Positions 1-16,490 of a DNA stretch of 64,000 bases are shown here, piece after piece. Numbering within the stretch: position 1 is the stretch's first letter; each line of letters opens with the position of its first letter. A model generated the notes under the pieces. The model saw only the letters and a list, made by a program, of their open reading frames with translations, was not told the DNA's origin and made no database searches. The stretch is from Octopus vulgaris (Eukaryota), in assembly GCA_951406725.2 (NCBI GenBank), contig OX597822.1, forward strand, positions 12,524,001 through 12,588,000. The letters run 5' to 3'. A program made the translations under genes and the position numbers.

Positions 1-5
1 GTATG

Positions 6-36
<31 letters not shown>

Positions 37-185
37 ATGTATGTATATGTGTATATATGTACATATACAGATATATGTATATGTATATTTATATATATAT
101 ATATGTATTTACATGTATATATACATATGTATATATATATATACATATATGTATATGTATATACAATCACATACACACATACACT

Positions 186-229
<44 letters not shown>
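1..229. repeat. (TA)n/(CA)n/(TATG)n compound microsatellite
   Basis: Direct reading; source of the YI/HT/VC junk ORFs. Confidence 0.95.
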
Positions 230-230
<1 letters not shown>

Positions 231-231
231 C

Positions 232-2280
232 CCTACCAAGGGAAAGAATAAAGCCTTAGACCGCTATTGTGACTACATAACTAATTTCCCTTTTCAATTC
301 ACCAAGAAACAAAAACACAGCCAAAACTTTAACAAAAGAGAATGGAACGACCTCATCAAACTAAGAGAAGACAAAACAATAACAATTAAGGAGGCAGATA
401 AGGGCAACGCGGTAGTATTAATGAATACAAACGATTATAAAAATTTGGTGCTATCCCTATTAAGAGATGAAACGTATTATGAAAGGGCCGAACAGTATAA
501 TCAGCCAAAAATAATGTATAACCTCAGGACATTAATCAACAGATACCGCGAAGGACTCACGGACAAGGAGTACGAATACATCACTAACTTTAAGTGCAAA
601 TCAAGTTTGTTCTATGGTATCCCTAAAGTCCACAAAAGCCAAATAATTAGTGAAACATGCAAAACATCTACCGATATACTCATCAAAATCCCTTCACCAA
701 ATGATCTTAAACTTAGACCGATAATAGCAGGCCCAGCATGTGAAACTCACCGCCTCAGCAATTTCTGAGACACACTTCTTAAACCTTTCCTAAAGCACAT
801 CAAAAGCTACGTAAGAGACGATATAGACATGCTTAACCAACTCCCAAAAACAGTTAATGAGAAAACACTTCTAGTATCCTTCGACGTAATTAACCTTTAT
901 TCAAACATCCCTCACACCCTAGGAATAGAAGCGATCACTTTCTGGCTAAATAACTACTTCTTTGAACTCCCAACTCGCATAAATAATGAACTTATAATAG
1001 AAGGACTTAGATTTATTTTAGAAAACAATTACTTTATTTTTGACAATAATTTCTACAGACAAAGATCGGGAACAGCAATGGGCACGCGTACTGCGCCTTC
1101 TTTTGCCAACCTAGTGATGGGATACCTCGAGAAAATACTCTACCAGAAAACACTCGAGAAATATGGAAACACCTTCTCCACCTATATCCAGAACAACTGG
1201 AAAAGATACCTCGATGACTGCTTTATCCTCTGGGATAAAAGTATAGAGAAACTTGAGGAATTCAAAACACTATTAAATGGAATAAATGATAATATTCAGT
1301 TCACGATGGATAATAACGAAGAAGAACTGCCATTTTTAGACATCCTCATTAAGAAAGCCGGCAACAAAATAGAGACAGATATCTATTATAAACCGACAGA
1401 CTCCAAGCAGTACCTACGCTTTGATTCATGCCACCCAAGACACACTAGAATAAATGTCCCTTTTTGTTTAGCTAGAAGGATTTGCACCATGATATAAGAC
1501 TCAAACACCCGACACACACGTCTCCAGGAACTTAGAACTACACTCATAAATAGAAATTATCCACAGCCCCTAATAAACAGTGCAATCCAACGAGCACTTA
1601 AATTAAGCATAGAAGACCTGAGACAAACAAAACCAAAAAAGAAAGAAAAATTAAAAACCCTTCCCTACATCTCTACACACAACCCACTTAACAATGAGGC
1701 CTTCAGCACCATACTACAAAGCACAGCTATACTAAAGGGAGACCCAAAGATGAACCGGATCCTCGAAACACACACCATCATTAAAAGTAAACGGCAATCA
1801 AAATCCTTGAAAAGGATTTTAACCCAAGCTAAACTGCACTCAACATCAACCATAACACCAGCAGTTAGAAAATGTGGAAAGCCCAACTGCGGAATCTGTG
1901 TCATCTTGGTAGAAGGTTCAGAATTCATATTAGAACAAGGCCATCAGTTTACCATCAGAACAAACTTCACCTGTGCATCATAAAACTTGATTTACGTCTT
2001 AACATGCGCAGGTTGCAATAGGCAGTATATAGGCCATACAAAAAATAGCTTACGTAAAAGGATGGCGGTGCATAAATCCCAAATTAGAAACCCTGAACAC
2101 CGGAAAATACCAGTCAGCGGATACATAGATAGATGTGTTTTAAATAAAAATCCGAAATTTACAACTTACCCACTTTACAAATTCAGTGACAGCGTAACCT
2201 TCACCCAACGCCAAAATAAAGAACTTTATTTCATCAAAAAATTTAGACCAAGTTTGAACACCCTGGGCCAGGAATATTAA
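232..2280 (+). pseudogene. PLE RT-GIY-YIG ORF, single frame broken by stops
   Basis: ORF pieces 31-768, 829-1497, 1750-1983, 1987-2280 are all in one frame, separated by TGA (766), TAA (1495) and TAA (1981). Confidence 0.9.
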
Positions 2281-2844
2281 AACAAAACATTGGTCTTCCG
2301 AAAAGAAAAATGGAATTCTACCACAACCACCACGATCACTACGACTGCTTCCACTATCATTACTACTACAACCACCGTGGTCACTACTATTGCTGCTACG
2401 ATCAACAGTCCTCCACTACTGCTGCGGCTACGGCCACAGCTTAACTGCTACAACCCCAACCACCACCACGGTTGCCAAAACTACGACCAACAGTAACTGC
2501 TACTACTGCCATTTAAGCCACTGGACATACTACTGCTGCTGCTAGGACTGCCACAACTTAACCGCTACAACCAATAAGCTGCTGCAACCCCAACCACCAC
2601 AACGGTTACTACTACTACGACCAACAATCACTACTGCTGCTACCATTCCATTGGAACACAAGGAAACAAAAAAACAAGCACGCGGTTCCTTTTGATACCA
2701 GCAAGAAACAATAATGAACTTCTTCACTACACTCAACAGTAATATAGCTATTATACCTACTACCGACAAAACACCACCACATGGATTCTATTGAGACCAG
2801 TAAGAAAGAATTATGAACTTTTCTATTACACTTTACTTTTTATA

Positions 2845-2891
2845 ATATTTTTGATAAGGTTCGTTTTTTCAAGAACCGAAACATGTAAAAT
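2845..2891 (+). ncRNA. Type I hammerhead ribozyme motif (U3-A8 core variant) in PLE 3' terminus
   Basis: attt-TTGATAA-ggttc[10 nt]gaacc-GAAA-catg-TA-aaat: 4-bp stem I, 5-bp stem II, palindromic ACATGT stem III, GUA site. Confidence 0.7.
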
Positions 2892-3148
2892 TCATAAGAA
2901 AATTAAAATTTATCTAGTATAGTGGCGTTTTCAAACTTCTTTTACAAATATATTTTTTACAAATATATACCCACTCGATTTCTGTTCAATCTGCGTTCAG
3001 CTCCATTTCTTCAATTCACAATAATGTTCAATTTCAATTATCCACAACGCACGGTTGCAACACCATATGGTTGTATCCAACCGTGCTGTTTTACTGCTGT
3101 GATTTTTGCTACTAAGGTATCGGTTAAACGATCTACTTTCTATTTCAC

Positions 3149-5469
<2,321 letters not shown>

Positions 5470-6134
5470 ATATATATATATTAAAACATACATACGCCAA
5501 AAATTCGCTATATCCCTAACTACAGTCAATAACCAAATTGTGATAGAAAACAACACCCGATGTCTCCAAAATCCACTGACTCACACGCGAACACACACAC
5601 AGTCACACACACAGATACAGGTGAATGTTTCAAGATACATTTATTATTATTTTGACATAGGCGATAGCATGTCTATGTCAGTATCTCACGATGCAACCAC
5701 GAAACTCTGATTCCCAATTCTTTGCGTTTACTACTACTACTACTGATGATAATGATGATAATGATGATGATACAAATAGGAATAATTATTTAACATCCCA
5801 TGTGTAATGGAAAAATGACATACATGTACGTCACATTGTGATAGATATATATGTGTGTTGTATGTATGTGTGTATATATATATATGTGTGTGTGTGTGTA
5901 TGTATGTGTATGACTGTGTTTGTGTATGCGTGTGTGCGTGATGCTGTGAAACGTGTACATCAGTAAATGTATCTGAAGCTATTTGTTACAAAATCATGTA
6001 ACGGCCTGATTCCCACGCGCAACCGATGAGGGTTTATTAAAGGATAATTGCGAATAATTCGGATCGATATGGAATTGTGTTTCTCCATGTTTGGCCTGAG
6101 AAATCATCTGAGAATTCATTGAACGATGGATTAA

Positions 6135-6498
6135 AATGGTTCCGGGTTCAGTCTCACTGCGTGGCACCTTAGGCAAGTGTCTTCTACTATAGCCTCGGGC
6201 CGACCAAAAGCCTTGCAAGTGGATTTGGTAGACGGAAACTGAAAGAAGCCCGTCGTATATATGTATATATATATGCGTGTGTGTGTTTGTGTGTCTGTGT
6301 TTGTCCCCTTACCATTGCTTGACAACCGATTCTGGTGTGTTTATTTCACCGTTAGCTAGCGGTTCGGCAAAAGAGACCGATAAAATAAGTACTGGGCTTA
6401 CAAAAGAATAAGTCCCGGGGTCGAGATGCTCGATTAAAGGCGGTGCTCCAACATGGCCGCAGTCAAATGACTGAAACAAGAAAAATAGAGTAAAGAGT
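6135..6498 (+). mobile_element. tRNA-derived SINE family A (5' clipped)
   Basis: GGTTCAGTC B-box-like head, ggccgaccaaa..gtggatttggtagacggaaactgaaagaagcccgtcg body, GGCGGTGC..CATGGCC..GAAAC tail; recurs many times in window. Confidence 0.85.
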
Positions 6499-6515
6499 AT
6501 ACATACATGTATACT

Positions 6516-6563
<48 letters not shown>

Positions 6564-6691
6564 TATATATACGCACACAGACATATGTAAATGCATACGA
6601 ATACAGCTGTACACGCGCACATGCTTATATTTATACATATATGTTTATACATATGTATGTGTATATTGTACATGCATATATATATATATGT

Positions 6692-6742
<51 letters not shown>

Positions 6743-6750
6743 ATAGTAGG

Positions 6751-6801
6751 AGCTTCTACAGGACTAGAACTGTTTCATTCAAATGAAATCATCAGGAAGC
6801 T
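6751..6801 (-). ncRNA. Type I hammerhead ribozyme motif, intact core
   Basis: agcttc-CTGATGA-t.ttc attt gaa.t-GAAA-cag ttctagtc ctg-TA-gaagct: 6-bp stem I, 4-bp stem III, GUA site. Confidence 0.8.
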
Positions 6802-7774
6802 TGCTGTCAAAATAAGTTCTGGCAATTATACATTTAGGCAGATTTAATGGGGTGGTGGTGGGGGACGTTTTTTGGGTAAGCAGGGCATAAACTGTCGTTC
6901 TTAGGGGAGTGGTCAAAAGAATCAGTGATAAAGTAAATAAATGAATAAATAGAATAATTGAATAGAGTTTTAGGTAAATTAGAAGACTATTGCTTTTAGT
7001 CAGTTTGTTGTTGTTGTTATTAAGTGGAGGGAAGAAGTAGATAAGTATACATAAAAGAACATATAAAATAAATATACATACAGACCCACATACATACACA
7101 TGCGAATATCCATACACATACATATACATATGCCCATGTATATACATACAGACACACACATACATACATATAAATACACTAGCACATATATATATATATA
7201 TATATATACACATACACATACATGCACATACAGACATATACATATATATACATACACATATATATACAAATACACATACACATACATGCAAACACGCAAA
7301 CACACGCACACATATATCTACACCAATATACACACCCATACACACACACATATATATATATTTTTTTTTTCTTGTCTCCTCATCTTCCTCCCTTATTTTA
7401 TTTTTATTTTTATTTTCCCTTGACCGTCTTCAGAATCATAAAAGGTATAATATATGACCTACCTACCCGCCGACACACATTTAGTGGCGCTAGAGTAGAC
7501 AAACGCCAAAAGTCCTAGAACTCCCCAGGGTTCCAGCAGGCCTAAATGAAATCCATCTACCGCTCCCCTCTCCCTTCCTTTCTATCTCTTTACCCACGGA
7601 TACAAACGCAAACACTCACACACACACACTCACACGCACACTCATACACATACACAATCACACATGTTCTCTCACTCATTTCCTCCTCATCCACTTATAC
7701 ACATGTATATATCTCTCTACAAGCACATATATATCTGCCTAAATGTATAAATGCCAGAACTTATTTTGACGGCA

Positions 7775-7825
7775 AGCTTCCTGATGATTTCATTTGAATG
7801 AAAAAGTTCTAGTCCTGTAGAAGCT
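7775..7825 (+). ncRNA. Type I hammerhead motif, second copy with one stem III mutation
   Basis: Same as 6751-6801 but GAAAaag instead of GAAAcag. Confidence 0.7.
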
Positions 7826-7904
7826 CCTTCTATAAAATAAATTAATTTAGTCTGCTATGTATTGAGTACCTTATTTACTGTGGTTAACCCCGACTCAACC
7901 GGGC

Positions 7905-7948
<44 letters not shown>

Positions 7949-8081
7949 AAAAGTCGTAACTTTATAGCTGACTAAATTCTATATACAATTTATAGACATA
8001 ACTTAAAACATATAAATATATATATATGTGTGTGTGTGTGTGTGTATATATGCATGCATATATATACATATACATATATGC

Positions 8082-8225
<144 letters not shown>

Positions 8226-8512
8226 AGTTAGATCAGTAAGCCCTATGGGACATAGAAAAATTTATATAGGTGGTACTATTGATTTTAAAAATATATATGT
8301 GCCATTGCACCCAAGTATAACTTTAAAAGACCATAAAGAATTCTTCAAGTTGTATAAAAATAGGTATTGTCTGCATCATTCGAAAGAGAGATTAATTGTG
8401 CATAATGTGTAAAAGATAGAAAAATTTGTATGGTGTTAGTAACAAAATAATTTGTAAGAAATAGAACGTTTATCATCGGTCTTAAATTTATTTTTGCCAG
8501 TGTATATATATC

Positions 8513-9585
8513 CCAGGGCATCCCACAAGTTATGTCCTAATTTTGAATAAAGAAAACAAGTGATCAAATGTTATGTTTAATTGAAAGTTAATCATCAACG
8601 TACTTTCTCTGATTATCTCTCTTACTTCCATCTATTTACTAGCATTTTAATCCCATCAAAGCGAAAAACTCTGAAATATCAGTATAGACCTCCTCCTGGC
8701 TTCGAAAGTTATGTCACCCAAATGATTCTGTAAACTACGAAGCAAATGGTAGTCTGAAGTAGCAAGGCCGGGTGAATAAGCTGGATGAGGAAATTTTTCC
8801 CAACCGACCTCTTCGATCTTCTGTTATGTGATCTTTGCAGTGTGGGGTTGCGAATTGTCCTGATGAAACATCAGTCGTTTTCGACTCACTAAATCGGTTC
8901 TTTTTTCCTTCAAACTTTGGTTCAAACGCTCTAATTACTGACAGTAGACTTGAGCATTGATTGTTGCATTAGGTGGTGACAATATAAAGTGAATTACTCC
9001 TTTGCAATCGCACCAGATAGAGAGAAGAACCTCTTCCCCATGAAGTTCCATTCTCGGTTGTGGTTGAGCATTTTCTCTTTCACCAAGCAACTGTTTACGG
9101 CGTTTAATATTCGATAGAAGATGCATTTTTCGTCAAAAGTTTATCGAAAAAGGGTGAAATGAGTTCGCGGGAATGAAGGGAAGAGCAGATGTCAACGCGA
9201 GACTTGCGGTTGCTTTTGGACAATTAATGAGGCACGCATTTTCTAAGTTTAGGAGCCTTTCCAAGTTGTTGAAGATGACGATGAACTGTTGTATGGTTTG
9301 AACTAAGCTTTATTACCAATTCTTCAACTGATACTGCAGGATTTTCTTCAAGTAATGCCTCAAGGAGCCTATCATCAAACTCAACTGTTGAATCTTCATC
9401 TTCAATTTTGCAAACCATCTTCTGGAAGTTCTTTCATTCAAGCAATCTTTCCCAGAAATTGAGTGCATGTTTCGAGTCACTTCGGCTGCAGAGTTTCCTT
9501 TATTGTACTCATAAAGAATTATATGTGCCTTAAATGCTCCTTGGATACTTCCATGTTAGAAAGGGTTTTAATCAAAGCAATTTTA
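8513..9585 (-). mobile_element. Decayed mariner (DD34D) transposon
   Basis: HRHLQQLGK..KCVPH (WVPHEL), LLSIWCDCKGVIHF..TINAQVYCQ, HQDN, HPAYSPGLATSDYHL motifs with stops and frameshifts. Confidence 0.85.
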
Positions 9586-10345
9586 GCGTGTCCACGAAGT
9601 CTGAGTACATGGAGTGAAATCATAACATAAACAATTAAACAAAAGAAATAATAATTTTCCTTTTTACTTTTGTTTAAATTAAATAAAAAAATACTTTACT
9701 TTTCTAAATTTATTTGTTATGTTTTCTACAGATGATTGAATAATGGGTCTGTCTAAAGAAGAAAGAATACCAGATCGAATGATGGTTCTGTCTAAAGAAG
9801 AAAGAATCGAGATAGTACTATTAACTGGACGAGAGGGATGGTCTTATCGCAAAATTGCGGAAGAATTTAATCTTCGACACCCTTATAGGCAACCTATTTA
9901 TTTTACTGCCGTTGGGAAATTGATCAAGAAATTTAAAGAAACAGGCAGTGTTTTGGATAAACCCCGTTCCAGGCGACGAAAGACTTCAGATGAAACGAAA
10001 GAGGTTGTCATGACTAAGCTTTCTGCTAGAGCAATGAAATCACTTCGCTGGACATCCACAGTGTTAGGTGTTCCAAAATCAACCATCCACAAAATCCTGG
10101 TTGAGGGTAAGTTTCATGGATACAAGCTACCGATATTGCACCACTTAAATGAAGACGAGCCTAATAGACGAATGTACATGTGCCAATGGTTTTCAGATAA
10201 ATTGGATGAAAATACCAATTTTACGAAAACATTTGTGTTGTTCAGTGATGAAGCAACGTTTTATGTAGACAGAATCTTCGATAGTGGTCTCGAGGTAATC
10301 CAAAACTCCCTTTTGCCGAACCGCTATGTTACGGGAACGTAAACA
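9586..10345 (+). mobile_element. Tc1/mariner DD41D (rosa/Visitor-type) transposon, 3' truncated
   Basis: ORF 9743-10342: HTH ..KFKETGSVLDKPRS.., second HTH, YKL..LHHLNEDE..RR, FSDEATF first catalytic D. Confidence 0.8.
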
Positions 10346-10457
10346 CACTAACAAAAGTTGTGAGGGGGGGGGGGGGAAACACAAATATTTATATATTTAT
10401 ATATATATATACACACATACACATATACATGTATGTATGTGTATGTATGTATACGTG

Positions 10458-10618
10458 TACGGCGGGCTACTTTCAGTTTCCGTCCACCAAATCCACTGAT
10501 AAGATTTTGGTCGGCCCGAGGCTATAGTAGAAGTCACTTACACAAGATCCCATGCAGTGGGATTGCACCCGGAACCGAGTGGTTGGGAGGCAAGCTTCTT
10601 ACCACTACCACTCCTGCA
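10458..10618 (-). mobile_element. SINE family A, 5' half
   Basis: Reverse complement of the 6135/16058 head and body. Confidence 0.8.
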
Positions 10619-11109
10619 TCTTTATTCAGACAAAAATTCATTTCCTTCATTTTAGCATTTTTATTTTTATTATTTATTATTAATTTCATTTTTCTCTGTA
10701 TATCTTTATATGTGTCTGAACATCGTCATTATTACTTACTTTTTATTTTCGTTTTTATATTTTATATTTTCTATATCTTATAATAGCTATAAATTATTAA
10801 CCCACACATAAAATTAAAGATTTTTCCTCCACTTCGTCTGTTAGAGAATCTCATTTGATCAACATGTAGTTTCCGTAATGTCCATTAGCTCTCAAAATAT
10901 TTTTCTCTAAATATTCTATAGGTTCGTATTTTGTATTGAGTGTGAATTGAAACAATTGTAGGCTTTATTAAAACATTAATAAATTTATTCATTAAATATC
11001 TCAATTTTCTTAACAAAATTTGATATTTATAATATACTTATTTTTATATTAAAGAGATATTTCTCAACAATATATTAAACCAGTTTAACTTGATTAATAT
11101 ATAAATATG

Positions 11110-11176
<67 letters not shown>

Positions 11177-11780
11177 TTATATACAAACTTTGGCAACATC
11201 TGTATTTATTTCGTTATTCCCTGACATCAGAATTTTGCCCATCAGCTATTTACAATTCCCTTACTTTAGAGCAATGAACTTACTCCGAATTCTTTCAGGA
11301 ATTTGATTAAACCAAAAAATAACTAAACAAGTCAAAGAACATAAAAGACAATTTGTTGACATCTAACAGTTCTATGTTGTGTATTCTTTTTACTTTCTCT
11401 CTTTTAAACTTCTTCCGCACGCCTTCCTGTTCGCTTTCAATCTTTAATGATTTCAGCTGTGTGATATACGTTTCGTTTTTCTTCGTCTTTCTTCGATAAA
11501 ATGACGCCTGTGATTGGCTTTGTATCTAAAGAACGACGCCTTTCCTTTTCATTATTCGTGTAAATTCTAACTTTATGGTTAATTATTCATCGTGTTCTGC
11601 ATATCCTCTATCCCTATCGTTCCGTACCCTAAAAAGGAAACTAAATAAAGGATAAATACAAATGGAAACGAAAGAAATATATTCCTTTCATTACATTAAA
11701 GACGTTAGTTTATTGCTTTTCATTAAGGCAAGATTAAAACCCCAGTTGTCACATTTGAAGTTTATTTGTGTGGGTATAGC

Positions 11781-11813
<33 letters not shown>

Positions 11814-12826
11814 ACAAAAACGGGAGCACACATATATATGTATTTTATACATACAAATACGCATGCGTATAGGTATGATTATTTTATGTTTTCTATTTTA
11901 AACATGAAATAAATGAAGAATATTTACATCTGCCGCATTGTTTTTGTAAGTGGCGATTGACAAACAAGTTGGCATATATTGTACTGTTTGAAAAGAATCG
12001 TTGGATATATTCCTGATGAATATAGCCGCCATTGTATGAGCTTGCTAGAGCTAATCTTTAATAAACATCATTCAACCAGTATTTTTATTTTCGTAACAAT
12101 CGCTCTCTTAATCATTTTTTTATATTTCTTATTTCTTTCTGTACTTCATTTATCCATGTGTGTTTCTTTTTTCCTTATTTCCATTTGCTATTCCTCATTA
12201 TCACTATTTTCTGAAAAATCAAATTGTTATCGAAAATGGCTACTTTACATTAGATTAAAATTTTTATTCTGCGATTAGCATTGCTTCAAACAACACGTAA
12301 TATGTAACTAAAAACAAATAAAGAACACTATATTTTGAATTGATCAAAGAATTACGTTCCGTTTATATTGAAACATATTAACAATAACTATGTTTTATTG
12401 TTCCTGGTGGCTTTTACATCCTCGCATTTCGTAACGAAATTATAAATAATGAGACTTTATTGTGATGCGAAAAATTAGTACTACACCAAATTGACATTCC
12501 TTAGATTGAGATAAACAACGACAATTTCCTAGTATATGGCTGAGACTGGTATTCACTTCTACCTAAATTAGACAAGTCAACAACTGATTAAATGTTTGAA
12601 CGCCTAATTAAAATTTTCTGTGTGAATAATACGCACATGAACACACACACATAAATATAAATATAGGTGTGATGGAACATGTGTATTCATATACATATAC
12701 ATACATATATGCATATATACATATACATATATATATGTGTGTGTGCGTGTGTGTGTTTATATATATATGTATATATATGTATATATATATATATGTATAT
12801 ATATATGCATATACATATATATATGT

Positions 12827-12870
<44 letters not shown>

Positions 12871-12902
12871 ACATATATATATGTATATGCATATATATAT
12901 AC

Positions 12903-13004
<102 letters not shown>

Positions 13005-13265
13005 TTATGCCAGAGTGTCTGCATAGGTATATATATAATTTATTTTCTTTTAATCACAGATTGGAAATGTGTGAAAGGTGAAGCTGAAAGTTCTAATCTT
13101 CGTAATTGCAAATTGCAACAAAATTTTCATCCATTTTAATCTACTCTACACATTTTTATTTCATTCTTTACAAGTCTGAATTATTTACAACGCAGCCTAT
13201 CTCTATGCATATGCATTAATAGCTACGTACACACACGCACACTCACGTACTACGATATATATGTT

Positions 13266-13430
13266 TGTATGTATGTATGTATGTATGTATGTATGTATGT
13301 ATGTATGTATGTATGTATGTATGCATGTATGTATGTATGTATGTATGTATGTATGTATGTATGTATGTATGTATGTATGTATGTATGTATGCATGCATGC
13401 ATGTATGTATGTATGTATGTATGCGTATGT
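13266..13430. repeat. (TATG)n microsatellite
   Basis: Direct reading. Confidence 0.95.
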
Positions 13431-13583
13431 AAAGCAACGGAGGAAGAAGATAAATGACGAAATAACATTTATCAGCTCACAGTTATTTCGGCAATTAGGA
13501 ATTCTACCCCAGTGTTCAGCACCAGCGCAAGTCATAGCATGGAGTGTTTCTTCATTGAAGAAAGCGCATACATATTATTAATA

Positions 13584-13658
<75 letters not shown>

Positions 13659-13661
<3 letters not shown>

Positions 13662-13950
13662 TTCAGCAAAATTTAGATTCAAATGAATATGGTACTTAAG
13701 TTAGATGCACCAGAATTGTGGTTAAATATCCCCTTCAACTATACGATCTCGACGAATATATACAGTAGATGAATGTCTATACTGGAAAAAAACTTCCCAG
13801 CTTCTCATAAATATTATAAAATAATTTCTAAGAAATCAGTAAGAATATCATATTCTTCTCTTCCAAATATGGGTACCATAATAGCTAGATTAATAGTAAA
13901 AATATAAAATTATCTAGAGATAGAATAAATAGTAACAACAATAATAATAG

Positions 13951-14034
<84 letters not shown>

Positions 14035-15860
14035 CAACAACATTAATATAAATAGTGATAATAACAACATCAATAATATAGGTAGTATAGATAAAAATGT
14101 AGTAGGTGAAGATAGTGAGAATAGATTAATAACTAGTAACGCCAGTTTACATAACAATGTAACTACTATTAGAGAAAATAACACTAATACTAATAACAAC
14201 TCAAATAACGGAAATGAAAACGAATTATCCATAAATAATAATAGTACCAGGAATTATCCCCCAATTGTAATTGTAGGATTAGATTGAAATGTCCGGTATC
14301 TGGCCGCTGTTTGGTCCAAAATGTGATTTATAAATGTACAATAGTGACTTCGAATAACAACTATCTTTATTTCGCTTGTTCGGTAGATTAAAAAAAAAAC
14401 GTTTAAACAATCCTTTTTCCTCCTTTAGGCTTAAACACCAGGCAGGTTGCACAACATTGTCTAGTAAAATTTGGGAACTGAAAACGAATAATATATAGAA
14501 TTTAACCTGAAATGGGAAATAGTAAGAAATGCACGGCCTTATAAAAATAGTAGAGATGGCTGTGAACTTTGTTCTTTGGAAACATATGAAATTTTAAAAC
14601 ATAGGAATAATACAAATCTGTTAAATAACCGTTCTGAACTAGGAGTAAATTACAGACATCGCACAACCCGTACGTTTAAATATTTTAGATAATAATATTG
14701 TGACTATTCCTAAATTTTTCAAATTCTAATTCTTTATAACTAAATAAGAATGAATATACGATACTAGTTTTTAATTCAACATGCATGGGTTACTAAAAAA
14801 CTTCATTGAAAATTTAGAATTAAATTCTACCTTTTTTCTTTTTTTTTTATAATCTCCTATATTAAATAGTATAAATTCTATGTCCCCAAACAAACTACTC
14901 AGTTCACCTTGATTACCTCACTTCCATTTCTTAATATATCATTAACCTAGGATATTTTTACCTAACTAATTAGACTTTCTCCGCGAGTAGTAAATATTAT
15001 GTCTAACATATTCTATATTTTAATTCATTAATAACAATTCACTATCTACTAAATCTGAGTAATTTACTCTTCTTGATTCTTGAAATCACCTTCTACTAAA
15101 CCTATGAAAACTATTCTTCTTGATTACTCCTCTCCCAGTTTTTCTATTATACATATTTGACCCCCAATATATACACTTGGTTAATAAGACGTTTGTCCTC
15201 AGTTCTTGTGTATTATGCCTACTCATTAAGTGATAGATTTGTCTCCAAAATGAATAAATTTTAGATTTATAATTTCTCCTTTAATCCAACATATAAAAAT
15301 ATTCAAAACCTACCAGCTAAATATAAAGTTGATGTATATAAGTTTAAAAGAATCTCTGTAAGCTCTATAAGTGCTAACTGTGACCATTTGACATTGGCCT
15401 AGTTTTCCTAATACAAAATCTGTTTGCCAAATAGTAGTAAACAGCCTCTATAGCATTACAACCCCCTTTCTACCTTAGTTTTTTTATAAAGAACTTCTGA
15501 CATCTATTTCAACACTATGTCTATAAATAGAAAATCTTTTTTGTCTTCTTTCAACTGATCATTTTTCCCAGCCTTCTAGCAGTTCAAAATAACTGAATAT
15601 TCTGAATATTCTTCAGTCAGTTGCTAAACTCTACTACTTGAATGTTCTTAAAATTTAAATTGACATCTCTGTCTATATATCTACCTTCTCTATAATGTTA
15701 TCAATTGATATGAAAATTATGTATTAATGGGAAACCTCTATTAATGGCTAATGATTGCTCAACATTTTAAAACTGTTGTAATACTTACAATATTTAATAA
15801 AATGATGTAGCGTGAAACGATCGTACCAAATTACCGAAGTTATTCTTGTTGCCTATTTTT
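13659..15860 (+). mobile_element. Decayed PLE 3' half (linker + GIY-YIG endonuclease + AT-rich 3' region), missed by the ORF track
   Basis: Hand translation: WLNIPFN..FPASHKYYKI..VRISYSSLPNM (13720-13880); CNCR..CPVSGRCLVQNVIYKC; TTLSSKIWELK..KWEI..CELCSLE..LLNNRSEL..RH (14265-14690). Confidence 0.8.
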
Positions 15861-15964
15861 GATATATATATATATATATACGTATATATATAAAATATAT
15901 TATATGTATATACACATTATATATACAATATATTATATATATACATACATAATACATACACACA

Positions 15965-16021
<57 letters not shown>

Positions 16022-16057
16022 TAATATATATATATGGGAGAGAGGGAGTAACACGAG

Positions 16058-16443
16058 AGGCTGTGTGGTAAATAGATTGCTTACCAACCACATAGTACTG
16101 GGTTCAGTCCCACTGCGTGGCACGTTTGGCGAGTGTCTTCTATTATAGCTACGGGCCGACCAAATCGTTGTGGATGGATTTGGAAGACGAACACTGAAAG
16201 AAGCATGTCGTAAATATATATATATATATATATATATCGTTGTTTGTCTGTGTCTGTTCTCACCAATACCGCTTGACAACCGATGTTGGTGAGTTTACGT
16301 CCCTGTAACTTAGCAATTCGGCAAAAGACACAGATAGAATAAGTACTAGGTTCACAAAGAATAAGTCCTAGTGTCGAACCTGTACGACTAAAGGCCGTGC
16401 TCCAGCATAGTCACAGTCAAATGTCTCAAACAAATAAAAGAAT
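16058..16443 (+). mobile_element. SINE family A, near full length
   Basis: GGCTGTGTGG A-box, GGTTCAGTC B-box, conserved body and CAT.G.C..CAGTCAAATG.CT.AAAC tail. Confidence 0.85.
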
Positions 16444-16448
16444 ACATA

Positions 16449-16459
16449 TACAGTGCGTG

Positions 16460-16490
<31 letters not shown>

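Larger units (their letters stand above)
6740..7906 (+). mobile_element. Non-coding PLE-type element with inverted terminal copy (6740-6843 vs 7733-7836), set in (TA)n
   Basis: ~100-bp inverted repeat, each arm with a hammerhead motif; no ORF. Confidence 0.7.

Noticed and set aside
766-768. In-frame TGA in the PLE ORF as possible selenocysteine recoding
   Set aside because: The other two in-frame stops are TAA and the TGA falls at a hydrophobic position (F*DTLLKP); simple decay explains it
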